Assembly (NCBI GenBank): GCA_951406725.2
Contig: OX597815.1
Span: forward strand, 124,992,001 to 125,056,000
Length of the DNA: 64,000 nucleotides
DNA from: Octopus vulgaris
Lineage: Eukaryota
Direction of reading: 5' to 3'
Part shown: one piece after another, positions 27,987-41,237 of the stretch
Numbering within the stretch: the stretch's first letter is position 1
Layout: the number at the start of each line of letters is the position of its first letter
Made by a program: the position numbers and the translations under genes
Notes under the pieces: model-generated
Database searches by the model: none
Seen by the model: only the letters and a program-made list of their open reading frames with translations
What the model was told of the DNA's origin: nothing

Positions 27987-28053
<67 letters not shown>

Positions 28054-28454
28054 AAAAGAATGGATGATAATAGTCATCATAGCTGGTGTGGTGGGTGTTT
28101 TGCATGATGCAATGCACGGGTAATGAATAAAATGCCATATTATTGAAACATGTGTAGCACGGATTGTACTATGGTCCGTTCTTTTATCGTATCTATTTGC
28201 CACATACCATATGTGACTTATGTTACTACTGAGGTTGGAATTGTGGAATATCTATTATATCTAAATTTTCGTTCCTAATTTTATGACATGATGAAACGGG
28301 AATGTTATTAGTTCATTAATTAAATTATCTCTTTATCAATGTTCCTTCAGTGTAGACCGCTATCGAATCACATGCTGGAAGCTCCTGAATTACTAACCAT
28401 GATCGACGTGATCCAAACTAGTTCACACACACACACATCTGTACCTCTTTCATA

Positions 28455-28505
<51 letters not shown>

Positions 28506-28644
28506 GTAGGCTTGTTTAATATATGTGTATATAGATATTAGGATATATACATGTTTGTATGTGTGCATATGTGCAAGTGTATAAATGTAGACTCATAAAC
28601 GTGTGCGTGTGTGCATGTATATGTATATTTATATGTGTATATGC

Positions 28645-28690
<46 letters not shown>

Positions 28691-28919
28691 ACGATAGATT
28701 TTCTTACATCATGGTCTGATAATAACAAGAACAATGTCACCAACATAAAGAGCAGTAAAAATAACCTCACCAAGGATCTGGGAAGACAGTTTCTGAGAAT
28801 AGGAAACTTCTTTTATAAAAACAAAATCCATTAATTTATGGTATTTTTTCCAATATTTCAGCTAAAAATCCTTCCTTCTAAAAAAAGAAATCTCTTCATT
28901 TTATCTAAGTAGAAATATT

Positions 28920-29133
28920 GGTTTCAAACTTTGGTACAAGGCCAGCAATTTCGAAGGAGGTCTATGTCAATTACATTGACCCCAGTGTTCGACTCGTGCT
29001 TATTTTATCGAACTTAAAAGTATGAAAAGTAAAGTCGACACCAGCGGAATTTGAACTCATAACGTAAGGCGAACGAAATCCGCTAAGCGTTTTACCCGGC
29101 GTGCTAACGATTCTGCCAGCTTGCCACCTCCGC
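28920..29133 (-). mobile_element. SINE (family of 4392)
   Basis: gtgctaacgattctgccagcttgcc is the reverse complement of the family 5' end. Confidence 0.75.
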
Positions 29134-29220
29134 TATAAGTAGAAATATTTTCTGAAAATATTAACAAACATATAATCTTATTACTATACACAAGAGGCAA
29201 ACAGAATATAACACAATATA

Positions 29221-29422
29221 GGCGCAAGCGGCGCTGTGTGGTAAGAAGCTTGTTTCTCAACCACATGGCACCTTGGGCAAGTGACTTCTACTATAGCCTC
29301 GGGCCGACCAAAGCCTTGTGAGTGGATTTGGTAGACAGAGGCCTGTCGTTTATTTGTATGTATGTATGTATGTATGTATGTATGTATGTATGTATGTATG
29401 TATGTATGTATGTATGTATGTA

Positions 29423-29453
<31 letters not shown>

Positions 29454-29600
29454 TTGTGTGTTTGTGTGTGCGTGTGTATCTTTGTTCGTAGCCCAGCTTT
29501 ACAACAGGTGCTGCTCTGTTTACGTCGGCTTAACGTAGCGGTTCGCCAAAAGCGACCGATAGAATAAGTACCAGGCTTTATAAAATTAAGTACGCAGTCA
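29221..29600 (+). mobile_element. tRNA-derived SINE with internal (TATG)n/(TG)n
   Basis: Shared head and body with the 6093/58406 copies. Confidence 0.8.
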
Positions 29601-31213
29601 AATTATTCAAATAAATAAAAAAAAACTTTTTAAAAACACAGTAATGTCTTTTGTTTCGGAAATGTCATGAGCGATATGCCTATTAATTCATTTAATTCTG
29701 CAAATGATCCTTACTAAACTTCGATAAGCTGAACACCAGAGCATAAAACCCGCTAGTAAAATATATTTCTTCTGACAACACATGCAAAAATGTATACACT
29801 ATACGAAAGACTCGAAGTAACGTGTAATCTTTTTTATCCTCTCCTTACTTTTGTTATGAGTGTCAAACTTGTGATAACATACTTCAATATATTTTCAGTA
29901 AAACTATAATACAAAAATATTTGTGAAAACGTACTTTTGTATTTTTACTTTCACATAAGTTCATAGAATAAAACTATTTATCCAGTATTTTTCATATTTC
30001 TATAACCTTTTAACTAGCCATTAATATGAGGAGGGACAATGTCCAACACTTCACTTGTGCAAGCTCTCTCAGAGTGGTTTAATCATCAGTAAATTGATTT
30101 CTGTCTAGAAGGTAAAAAAAAATGCAGGAATAACAGAAGCTTACAGTTCTATGCAGAATAGGAATATTGTACGGGAATTTTAGATTAGGATCTATGAAAT
30201 GAGACGCAGGATGGCAAAACAAGAGGAAGGGATATGTTTGTGCCAAATAGGCGTGGGTGGATAGAGAATGCCCCAAGCTCGATCAAAGAAGCGGAGACTG
30301 TTGTGGTAGCAGTAAAAATATGTACGAAGAAGAAATAGCACACGAGTGAGCATAAGAGTTGTCACGTGTTGGTGTGTGAATCTTTGTCAATCCTTGAGTG
30401 GTTTTTCTCTGCATGTGGTCTGAGATACTTGTATATGTGGAGCAGCAAAGCCATTTGAAATGAGTGAGACATTTTAATGTGTCGTTTATTTAGTCTGTTC
30501 TGAGTTCAAATCCCGTCGAGGCCCTTTGCTAGTCACTGGATGACCTTTCTCTGCAACACAATGTGTGTGAGTGTTGTTACAACAGCAGCAGCGTCATCTC
30601 AAACATGAGAGAAGTACTTCAATGTGTCTTTTTTATATTTTACGCCTTTTACATGCTGAGTTCAAATTCCACCGACTTCAACTTTACCTTTCAACCTTCC
30701 GGCCTTAACAAAATAAGGTATCATCTATACACTAAGGTTGTTGGAATCGATTATACCTCTTTCCTCAAAATGGGGTCATGGGCACTTATTTAAAAAAATC
30801 AATGTTGTAGCCAGCAGAAAAATTCTTTGACTTGCAACAATTAATTGCGTCTCTTTATCTCTCAAGTTCTAATCCCACCGAGGTTAGATATCCTTTTCAT
30901 CCTTCCGCTGTAGGTAAAATAAGCACCAGTAGATTTACTCGACCATATAATCTCCCCAAAGAATTCGTAGCATTTTTATAGTCAGCAGAGATTTTCTTCA
31001 GTTCTTAAAGTCTCAATTGATTTCGCTTTCTGAGTTCACTTGATACGAAAAACCTAATCCTTTTTTTTTTTTTTTCGATCTAACTTTATTTTGGGGAACT
31101 CTTAGAACTCTTAGACATACGGAGGGTATTAACAGCAATAAACACCTTCGAGAGAAGTCGAATTTAACTATGCAAGCTAACGACTGGTTTTCATTTTCAT
31201 AATTATTATTTTC

Positions 31214-31246
<33 letters not shown>

Positions 31247-31257
31247 CATTATTATTC

Positions 31258-31485
31258 AGGCGCGAGCTGCCACAATGGTTAGTACGCCGGGCGAAATGCT
31301 TAGCGGTATTTCATCCGTCGCTACGTTCTGAGTTCAAATTCCGCCGAGGTCGACTTTGCCTTTTATCCTTTCGGGGTCGAGAAATTAAGTACCAGTTGTG
31401 TACTGAGTACTGAGGTCAATCCAGTTGACTGGCCCCCGCTACCCCAAAATTTCAGGCTTTTTGCCTATCGTAGAAAGGATTATTG
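31258..31485 (+). mobile_element. SINE (family of 4392)
   Basis: ggcgaaatgcttagcggtatttc...ctgagttcaaattccgccgaggtcgactttgcc. Confidence 0.85.
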
Positions 31486-31854
31486 TTATAATCTATAATA
31501 TTAATACGCCAACTTGCTGTTTTTGCACGTCCGTACCTGTGGTGTGTGTTACACTTACCTCAAAGGAAGAAGTGAGTGGGAAAGAGGAGGAAGTGAGAGA
31601 GAGAGAGAGAGAGAAAAGTGAGTGGTGACAGCGTTCGTTTTTTTGTTTGTTTTTAAATGTTTATCACATCACAAGAAAAGTTGATACATAGAATCATACA
31701 CATATTGTTAAATTAAAAGCGGGAGAGAGGAGGAATACAGAGGAAGTAAGACAAAAAGAGAGAAAGTGAGAGAGACAGTAGTTACATAGATCAAAAGAAA
31801 GTTGATACGTAGACACTTGGATGTCACTTTTACTTTTCATTACCACACGAGGAT

Positions 31855-32610
31855 AAAATTAACTCGCAAGTGGCTGAGTACTCCACAGACATGCATACCA
31901 TTAAGGTAGTTCTCAGGGAGATTCAGCCTCACACAGAATATGACAAGGCTGGCCCCTTTGAATTACAGCTACAACTCATTTTGGCCAGCTGAGTGGACTT
32001 GAGCAAAATAAACTTTCAAGTGGCTGGAAGAAAGCAAGAAAAGATCCTATACAGGGGCAAGAAAATCTTTTTAGTCCTTAGGGTCACTATGGGTGTTAAT
32101 CCGGTCCTAATAGCGGCATATGTGGGTTTCACAGATCTCGAGGCCAAGACCCCAGATAAACACCGATGTGCAGGCTGTTGTTATCAAACTGAGCGTGAGT
32201 CGAGGGCGAATACACGACGGAATAACAATTATTTCGTCTTAGCTTTCACCGCTTATACTAAACTCATGACATTTTTGCCTTACGATATGGAACATTTCCT
32301 TTTCTTTCACTCTTTTTAAAAAATGGCACTTCGTCTTTTTGACAACGAGGCTCCTCTTTATCTGATCAACGGAACAGTCTGCTCGTAAAATTAACGCGCA
32401 AGTGGCTGAGTACTCCAGAGACATGCCTGGGAGATTCAGCCTCACACAGAATGTGACAAGGCTGGCCCTTTTGAATTACAACTACAACTCATTTTTGCCA
32501 GCTGAGTGTAGTAGAATACCTTGCTCAAGAACACAAGCGCCGCAGGGAATCGTACTCATGACTCACGATCGTGGCCCGAATAACCTAACCACTGAGCCAC
32601 GCACCTTCAC
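31855..32610 (-). mobile_element. Two copies of a third SINE family (31855-32000 and 32370-32610)
   Basis: Direct repeats gcaagtggctgagtactcca...ggagattcagcctcacacagaat. The second copy has a tRNA-like head on the minus strand (gagtacgattccc B-box-like). Confidence 0.6.
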
Positions 32611-33097
32611 TCTCTTAACCATAGAGAAAAGGAATGAAGCGATAGAGACAGAGAAAGGAAAGCCTCAGTCATTTACAATGACAATTAAGACTGAAATACG
32701 AAAATACGATCGATCTTTTCTAGTTTCTTTACTTTTAACAATGAAGAAGAGGGAAAGACATTAAGTAATGAATAGAGGGAAAGTCTTTCAGGTGTTTAAG
32801 TTTTCGTTCTGGGAGTTCTAGAACGATCGAGTGTTAGTTCTCTCTTATTCGTCTTCTTTCATAGTTCTTCATGTTTTTTAGTTGTGGGGAAATACCATGT
32901 TTTTTTTTTCAGGCACGTTTAACGTTTTCTCTACAGACTTACAGACAAGCCCGCCTCTCATCATTTTTTTTTTCATACAAAAACTAATGCAAATCTCGAA
33001 CGGGGTATAACTGTGAAAAAAAGCCCAGAAAATGGGTAATTTGGGGGAGAAAAGTTGTCAACTGTTGACAACACGAAATTCAACTCTATACTTTAAA

Positions 33098-33390
33098 GAG
33101 TGTCTTCTACTATAGCCTCGGGCCTACCAAAGCCTCGTGAGTGAATTTGGTAGACGGAAACTGAAAGAAGCCCGTCATGTGTGTGTGTGTTTGTTCCCTC
33201 CACCACCATTGCTCTACAACCAATGTTGGTGTGTTTGCACCCCCGTAACTTAGCTGTTCGGCAGAAAAGACTGATAGAATAAGCACCAGGTTTACAGGGA
33301 ATAAGTACAGGGGTCGATTTCTTCAACTAAAAAGTGGTGCTCCAACATGGCCATCGTCAAATGACTGAAACAAGTAAAAGAATAAAAGAA
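33098..33390 (+). mobile_element. tRNA-derived SINE body, 5'-truncated
   Basis: agtgtcttctactatagcctcggg...aaatgactgaaacaagtaaaagaataaaagaat. Confidence 0.8.
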
Positions 33391-34388
33391 TACCAGAAGA
33401 ATGTTCCGTTCCACTAAACCAAGAAGGTTCTTTGAATATGGGCAATATAATTTAAGTAACGTTTACGTAACTGAGATATTTTGGTTGGATTATATAGTTA
33501 TCGGTTTTACACTTCTTTCTGTAACTGTCACAATATAGAAACATTTCTCATGCTTTTGTAAATATATATATTTTTTTTAATAACAACACTCTTTACAACT
33601 TAATTCTAGCCCTAAACAAGGCAGTTTCTATGCAGTCGCCCGAGTAGCCACGCTAGTTCACATTCTATTACCTGAAGAAAGAAATAAACATTCAGCTACA
33701 CTTAGATTTGTTTGGCATATATTAACCTTAACTTGAAGGCTAAATATTTTAATTTAAAAAGCTTAAATTTTAAAGGGAAATGACTTTGTTAACAAAACTA
33801 AGAATTATCTCCCTTAGAATTTTTTTTTCTTCATTACTTATACATTTTCTTCCCAGATACATTCTCAAAAGATATACGACGAATGTTATTGAGTGTGTGC
33901 GCGCACGTGTTTGTTTGTCTGTCTGTGTGCGTATGTGTGTGTGTTTGTGTGTGTGTGTGCCTCTTTGCGTTTGCGTACGCACGTTCTTCTATGTGTTTAT
34001 ATGTTAAAGAGCTTGAGACAAAGCAGTTTTTTTTCTCTGTACTATTTGACCAAACAAAACAAGATACTATAATTCTCAGAAACATCTCTTTCGGAATTTG
34101 GTCAATATGATTTTAGGAGACGTTGTTGAAAAACTCTCTAAACACAAAAGAAACAAGTTGAAGAGAATACGTTTCAAAATATATCTAAACAACTCCACCT
34201 AATTTCTAATCGAATTTTATACATTTATCGGACCATACTCATACATATTACAACCCACTATCATCACCACACACAAACAGAACAGTAAATATTCAATTTG
34301 TGAAGTAGAGCTTATTCCTGCATTTGAAGTACCTGATTTACTACGTCACTGGTCTAAATATGTGTCAACAGAATGAATCCTCAATCTC

Positions 34389-34456
<68 letters not shown>

Positions 34457-34522
34457 CCGCTGCCTGACCCGTTAAAATCCTCAACGCACCCACCACCAGT
34501 TTTCAACATACATTGATAAACA

Positions 34523-34901
34523 GTTTGGCCATGGGCTCTTAGGAGCCTCGTTCGATTTGTTTTGCTCCGCCTCTGTTCTGTTTTTGTTTATTCCAACGGA
34601 TTTCCTATTTCTTCCTGAAGAGAAAGACACAATATGGTCTCATTATTCATTCGGAATTTGGTAAATTGTGCCTTTCGAAACACGTGTAGAATGCAATAAA
34701 ACGATTTCTGTTCAATCTTCGTTCAACTCCATTTCTTCAATTCACTAATAATATTAAAATTCAATTATCCGCACCAACGCACGGTTGCAACACCATATGC
34801 TTGTACCTCCAACCGTGCTGTCTTCTGCTGTGATTTTTGCTACCAAGGTATCGGTTAAACTTTTGATTAATCTGCAACAAGATTATTCATCTTTCTATTT
34901 C

Positions 34902-34904
<3 letters not shown>
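34523..34904 (+). mobile_element. Third copy of the 27603-27987 HHR element
   Basis: Co-linear with 27603-27987, same start point, ends at (TA)n. Confidence 0.85.
34606..34698 (+). ncRNA. Type I hammerhead ribozyme (third copy)
   Basis: CTGAAGA 34615-34621, GAAAC 34677-34681, ACGT, GTA 34686-34688. Core and stems II/III are identical to the 27686 copy, while loop II differs. Confidence 0.8.
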
Positions 34905-34973
<69 letters not shown>

Positions 34974-36362
34974 ACTTAGATAACTTAGATATGTTTCGAC
35001 CAAAGATTGGTCCAGGCCATGTCTAACTTAATAGCACCACCTGATAGGATTATTCGAATCCTGTTTAAGTCAAGTTTTGTTCAAGTAGTGAGTCCATGTT
35101 GGGTGAGTTGTATCAAGTTTTGTTCAAGTAGTGAGTTCTTGTTGGGTGAGTTGTATCCAATTATGGGTGGCTTATCTGGTATTCTTTGAAGGAATCTATC
35201 CAGACTCCGTTTAAAGTTGATGGGATCCTCTTCCTCTTTGATCCCCCTCGGGACAATGTTAAATAGGGCAGGACCTATTGAGGAAAAGAAATTATGTTGC
35301 AGTGTACATGTTTGTTGTGATCTTGAATTGGGCAGGGGACGTATGGCCCGTGGTCCCAGTCTTGGATGAACCTTGAAGCTAATGTTAAGGTCGTTTGGGC
35401 AAAGTTGGCGGTATATTCTCCACATCGTACAAATGATGTACCGCTCACGGCGACGCTGGAGGGAGTAAAGTTTCAAGGCTTTAAGGCGATCCCAATAATC
35501 GAGAGCAGCCATGCCTTCAATTCGTTTAGTGAGTGCCCTCTGGGGTGACTCAATTCTGGAGATGTTTTGTCTTGTATGGGGAGACCACAGTGGGCAGCAG
35601 TATTCAAGGTGTGGCCGTACAAAGGAGGAGAAAAGTGGTATGATGACACCTTGTTCTCTGGACCGGAAAGTTCTTAAGATCCAGGAACTCATCCTACGAG
35701 CTATATCGACCTTCTTGTTGATGTGTGCACTCCAACTGAGATCGTCATCAACAATTACACCCAGGTTTCTGATATTGTTAGAGGCTGTGAGCGGTTCCCC
35801 TGAAGGAAGAGAGTATGGTTGTTTTAGTGAGGAATTACTTCCAAAATGCATCAGCTCAAATTTTCCCTCATTCAGTTGCATTTTGTTTCTGTCTGCCCAT
35901 TGACTCATAGCATATAGATCAGACTGGAGTTGAGTTCGGTCTGCTTCTTCATTGACGATTTGCTGGAGCTTAGTGTCATCAGCAAATATTTTCCTTTGCA
36001 GTAATGTACGACACTGGAAAGGTCGTTTATGTAAATTATGAAGAGTAACGGACCCAAAACAGTCCTCTGGGGAACACCGCTGGTGACTTTTGCTGGGCTT
36101 GAGTGGACTCCATCAACTACAACATGTTGTGTTCTATTCGCCAGGAAATACTTAATCCAGTGTAGAACTTTTCCACGGATTCCAACATTTGCCAATTTTG
36201 AGAGTAGGATATTATGATCTACCCTGTCGAACGCTTTACTGAAGTCAAGATATATGACGTCAGAGTTCGAACCTGTTCCCAAGGCTTTGAGTACATCTTC
36301 AATGTGGTGTAAGAGCTGTGTTAGACAGTCCCTGCCACAGCGAAAGCCATGCTGATTTGCAT
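34974..36362 (-). mobile_element. CR1-clade LINE, 5'-truncated, RT with one frameshift
   Basis: QHGFR, YLDFSKAFDRVDH, SGVPQ(R)TVLGPLLF..YIND, KIFADDTKL after the frameshift, VRPHLEYC..LWSP, LYSLQRRRER. 3' hairpin gaccaatctttggtc and (TATCTAAG)n tail. Confidence 0.93.
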
Positions 36363-36479
36363 TTAGGAGTATTAAAGGGAAAATGTCTTTTGAATTGTTA
36401 AATATTTTGTAAAAGACCTGTTCGTAATCTCGGAGTGAAATAGTTTTTTCTATAGCTATTGTTTTCGAGTGCATTCAAC

Positions 36480-36763
36480 ATATCTCACTTCCAACGATAT
36501 GGCTGCTATTTCTGGCACGCCCTGTTACCACGTAACAGCATTTGCCATAAAGGGCCCGAAATACCTGTTACATGGTAGCAGATCGTACAAGAAATAGCAG
36601 CCAAATATTTCCTTTGTGGGGAAAGGAGCCGTTTACGCGTGATTTCGTTGTCACATTCGCTGAAAGCATGAAAAATAACCTGAAAAAGAAAAAAAAACAC
36701 GAAACAAAACTCCGTTGCAGTGAAACTCCAGAGTTTTCCCGGTGACCCAACAGGTCACGGGTA

Positions 36764-36768
<5 letters not shown>
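36480..36768 (+). mobile_element. Possible Helitron 3' end
   Basis: GC hairpin gtgacc-caaca-ggtcac about 8 nt before a CTAR-like terminus (gtctat). Confidence 0.35.
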
Positions 36769-36809
<41 letters not shown>

Positions 36810-36811
<2 letters not shown>

Positions 36812-39560
36812 GGGGGCAGGTGGCGTTCTTTAGCTATGATGAGAGCAACCCACCTAGAAGGAAAACTGATGTAAAACCAGGTTTGTGGTTGCTGACAGTC
36901 CCCTTAGCTGATGTGCACTCTCAGCATCTACTTACTCATAAGGCTGTCTTTTGAGCAACTAGACTAGGAGAAAGCCACCTGATCGTGAATCTGCGATCGA
37001 TTTAGCATCTGAGACGTGGCACACTGTGTATCAGTACAAGTAAATGCTTTTTTGATGGAGAGAGTGTGCATTGTGCTGCATTAGCAATGACCACTATAAA
37101 CAAAACCATGTGCAGGTAGGGATAGCGACGGGAACAGGCGGTGGATGTTACTGCAAGTTCTTAGCTTGAACTACGTTGGTGATGAAATGTTGATGGTCGC
37201 TTTACACAACATCTGCAAGTAATTACGTGATCGTGTCCTCCTTTCACAACAAAGTAGCCCTGTTTAAGATGACACTTCATTCTTCCTATGGTGGAGAGAT
37301 CAAGAAAATGTGACCTAAAAATTGCTTACTCGCATTGCTCCTTGTAATTAGGTGCAAATCACTGGGCATCCAAACCAGCACCAGAAAATCAAGCAAATCG
37401 AAAACAAAAAAAACTTTTTATTGCATCTTGAAATGTGAGAACCCTTAAGGACAACAAGAAAAACACAGAATGTATGACCGCTTTCGTTGCCCGTGTCTTG
37501 AAGGGGAAAAAAAACATTGGAATAGCAGCTCTTTCAGAAACCAGATTAGCAGACTGCGGTCAGCAACAGGAAGTTGATGGTGGATACACATTTTTCTAGA
37601 TAGGTAAGCCTCAGGAAGTAAAGAAAGATGTAGGTGCTGGGTTTGTTACTTGGAATGACTTGGTGCAACGTCTTGAATCTCTGTCTGTTGGCATTAGTGA
37701 AAGACTCATGTCATTGCGCATTTGCATTGGTAAAAATAAATATACAACTGTTTTTAGCTGCTATGTTCCAACTATGAGCTCAAATGAAGTAGTCAAAGAG
37801 CAGTTCTACTCTGGGCTACGTATCCAGTTGAGAGGTGTCTCCATCCATGATAAACTTCTCCTTATTGATTTCAATGCACGCGTAGGTTTTGATACATCCA
37901 TATGGGGTGACGTCATAAGGAAGCATGAGGTTGGCAAGGCCCACTCAGACGCTTTGTAGTGAGTATGGACTTTTGATTACCAATACTTTTGATTCCAACT
38001 CCTCAACCACCACAAAACTACCTGGAAGCATCCCCGATCAAACCATTATCACCACGTTGATTAAATAATTGTGAGATCTTCCATTGGGGAGTATTGATCT
38101 AACCATAGACTGACACGACCTATTCGTAGCATTTGCACTCGACCAATTCGAAAAGTGGATGTGACAAAGCTGAAGAACAATGACAATTTAACCTCATTTC
38201 AAACAGCCTGTGACAACAAATTTGCTAGCATCTTGAATCAGTGTGGCCTGCTTTTAAAAATGCTCTATTTCAGTCATCTTGTGAAACACTTGGATATGTT
38301 AACAGTAAGCACCAATATTGGTTCGACTCAAATGATCCAAACGTTTCTCCTCTTTTGGACAATATGCGCAAGTGCGACTGTAAATGGATGTCAAATAAAA
38401 ATAATGCCACAAAACGTAGCGAGTTTTAAAAGACCAGAAATACATGCTAATATCAACTGAGGCAAACGAAACAGACATGGTGGCGAAAGAAGGCGCAAGA
38501 GTTGCAGGATGCTGCGGACAGATGTGACTCCGAGTCATCCTATCAGAATTTAATGGGTGTTTTGGGGCCTGTGTCTGGTAGCTCAGCTCCTGTACTTTCA
38601 ATTGAGAGTAATCTTCTGACAAATAAAAAGCAGATCACGAAGCGCTGGGCAGAGCATTTTTTCAAATGTTCTGAATACGGACACAATTGTTAGTGAAGAA
38701 CTGATCAACAACCTACCACAGAGGCCTGTCCTTAAAGAATTGGCAGCTGTTCCATCAAATGCTGAGATTAAAAAAAAAGTCTATAAAGCAGCTCACGAAT
38801 GGAAAGTCGTCTGGGAATGATGGCATATCCGAGGAGATATGTATATGTGGTAGCAATCGCCAGCTGAACAAATTATGTGAGAATCAGGATCAGTCCCACA
38901 GGAGTTTAAAGACGTTTCTATTGTCCATCTTTATGAACACAAAAGCAACAACTGTGAATGTGACAACCATATCGATATCTCCCTTTAGTGTGTTGCCAGG
39001 AAGATCCTTAGAAGGATTATCTTAAACAGACTAAATTATGCCCTCGCCAGCTTAGTGTTGCTTGAATCTCAATGTGGTTTTCAGCCTGGTAGAGGCACAG
39101 TGGATATAATTTTCAGCCAAAGGCAACTGCTGAAAGGGGCTTGTTAGCACAACTGAGACCTTTCTGTCACTTTTGTAGATCTAACTAAAGCTGTCAACAT
39201 CTTATCTAGGGATGCTCTTTGGGTTGCGCTTTGAAAGTTGGGTGTTGCCGAAAAGATGCTCAATGTCATCATTTCTTTCCATCAAGGAATGATAGCTTCT
39301 GTTAGATCTAGTGTCCGATTCATTCACAGTCTCAAATGGGACAAAAGAGGGCTGTGTTCTTGCACAGCTCTTATTTGCTTTGTATTTCTCCGTCATGTTA
39401 GAAACAACATTTGAGGGTGTTAAAGAAGGAGTTTGAGTACAGAACTGGCGGTAACTTGTTCTACCAACAGCACTTCAAAGCAAAAACTAAGACTTTGGTG
39501 TAAACAATTCAAAATTTGTTCTTCGCAGACGACTGTGCACTTGTAGCACACACTCTTAAC
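36810..39560 (+). mobile_element. RTE-clade LINE, decayed (5'UTR, APE, RT)
   Basis: APE: NVRTL, ALSETRLA, GYTFF, SERLMSLR, YVPT, DFNARVG, TWKHPRS. RT: ESQCGF, FVDLTKA, GTKEGCVLA, LFADDCALVAH. Many stops and frameshifts. Confidence 0.9.
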
Positions 39561-39562
39561 AT

Positions 39563-39808
39563 TATCCCGAAAAAGATCAAAGAGGAAAAGGGTCCCATCA
39601 CCATAAAACGGAGTCTGGACTGATTTCTTCAAGGAATACCGGATAAGCCACCGAAACCTAGATTCAACTCACTCAACAAGAACTCACTACTTGAATGGAC
39701 CATAAAAAAAACTTGACTTAAACAGGATATATCCTATCAGGTGGTGCTATTAAGTTAGACATGTCCTGGACCAATCTTTGGTCGAAACATATCTAAATTC
39801 TATCTAAG

Positions 39809-39810
<2 letters not shown>
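39563..39810 (+). mobile_element. CR1 3' fragment (same family as 34974)
   Basis: Matches IKEE.DP..KRSLD.FLQ.IPDKPP and has the same 3'UTR and tail. Confidence 0.85.
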
Positions 39811-39853
<43 letters not shown>

Positions 39854-40202
39854 CACATACGTACATATCGATGTATACCTATATATAAGTACATACAGAC
39901 ATATATATAAGTACATACAGACATACATACATGTACATAGATAAATACACACATACATGTAAGTACATATATAAATACATACATATAAGTACACATATTT
40001 ATATAGACATACATGTACATAGATAAATACACACATACATGTAAGTACATATATATATACATACATATAAGTACACATATTTATATAGACATATATGTAC
40101 ATATATACACATATATGTAAGCATACATATATATATATATGTACATGCATATATATATATATATGTTTTCTTTTATTCTCTCTCTGTTTATTTCCTCGTG
40201 CT

Positions 40203-40240
40203 CCGTTCTGTTGAAGAGCGTAGGCTCGAAACGTAAAAGA
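40203..40240 (+). ncRNA. Minimal hammerhead-like motif with CTGTTGA core
   Basis: CTGTTGA-A-GAGC-gtag-GCTC-GAAAC-GTA-AAAGA; the A6 position of the core is T. Confidence 0.55.
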
Positions 40241-40667
40241 CTTCCTCACCTTCTAGAGCGTCAAACTAATACACCTGTTTGTTGTTTATACACCTGTCTT
40301 CGTTTTTTTGTTTTTCTGTAAATTTCAACCATATATATATATACATATATATACACACAAATATAAGAGAGTGACCACTATATGGTTGACTCTTGCGCTA
40401 AAAATAGATCCACTATGGTATTAGCCACTAAAAAATTGTTTCCACGGAGAATCAGCCCAACATTTAACGTAAACGAGGAAGAAGAGTTTTAATACTTTCA
40501 GTCTTTCCCAGTAGCTTTTATAATATATATATATATATACATCTGTGTGTTTGTGTATGTGTGTGTAAACAAATACATATAAATGGAACAGATAAGTGAA
40601 GTGAGAGAACATGTTTACTCCATTCGTTTACAGCTGTTTCCCACTATATAAATAGTATATATGTATG

Positions 40668-40737
<70 letters not shown>

Positions 40738-40986
40738 TAACATCAACATTCGCACGTATATAGAATATACATATAAAAATGTATGCACAACCATATGTAC
40801 AGGTGTGTTGAGACATTTACCTAGCAGACTAATTTTCAGATCGATTCATGGTAGTTCAAAACATCAACTTTTTATCACTCTCTCTAATATATATCCACAA
40901 ACACACATACAGATTACTGTAAGTAAAAGATTTATTCAATCACCACTATACATACAATATACATATATACCTGCATACATGCAGAT

Positions 40987-41023
<37 letters not shown>

Positions 41024-41040
41024 TACCTGCATACATGCAG

Positions 41041-41088
<48 letters not shown>

Positions 41089-41199
41089 CATAGATATACA
41101 CACACACATTATATATATATATATATATATATATATTTGGTTTAAAAAAATTTTAAAAACAGGGCGTGTCATGTAAACGTTCAAGAAGATTGGAAGAAG

Positions 41200-41237
41200 T
41201 CTTTAACGTTTCAAACCTACGCTGTTCTAAGGAAAGA
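41200..41237 (-). ncRNA. Degenerate minimal hammerhead-like motif at the PLE 3' end
   Basis: TCTTT-ccttaga-a-CAGC-gtag-GTTT-GAAAC-GTT-AAAGA. Stem I is perfect but the core is decayed; same family as 40203 and 63126. Confidence 0.45.

Larger units (their letters stand above)
27256..27987. mobile_element. Non-autonomous HHR-bearing PLE-like element: inverted 234-bp arm plus full plus-strand copy
   Basis: 27256-27489 is the exact reverse complement of 27603-27836. The plus copy continues ~150 nt to (TA)n, and (TA)n lies on both sides. Confidence 0.8.

Noticed and set aside
39766-39800. GACC-loop-GGTC-GAAAC at the CR1 3' end
   Set aside because: No CUGANGA; explained as the LINE 3' recognition stem-loop.
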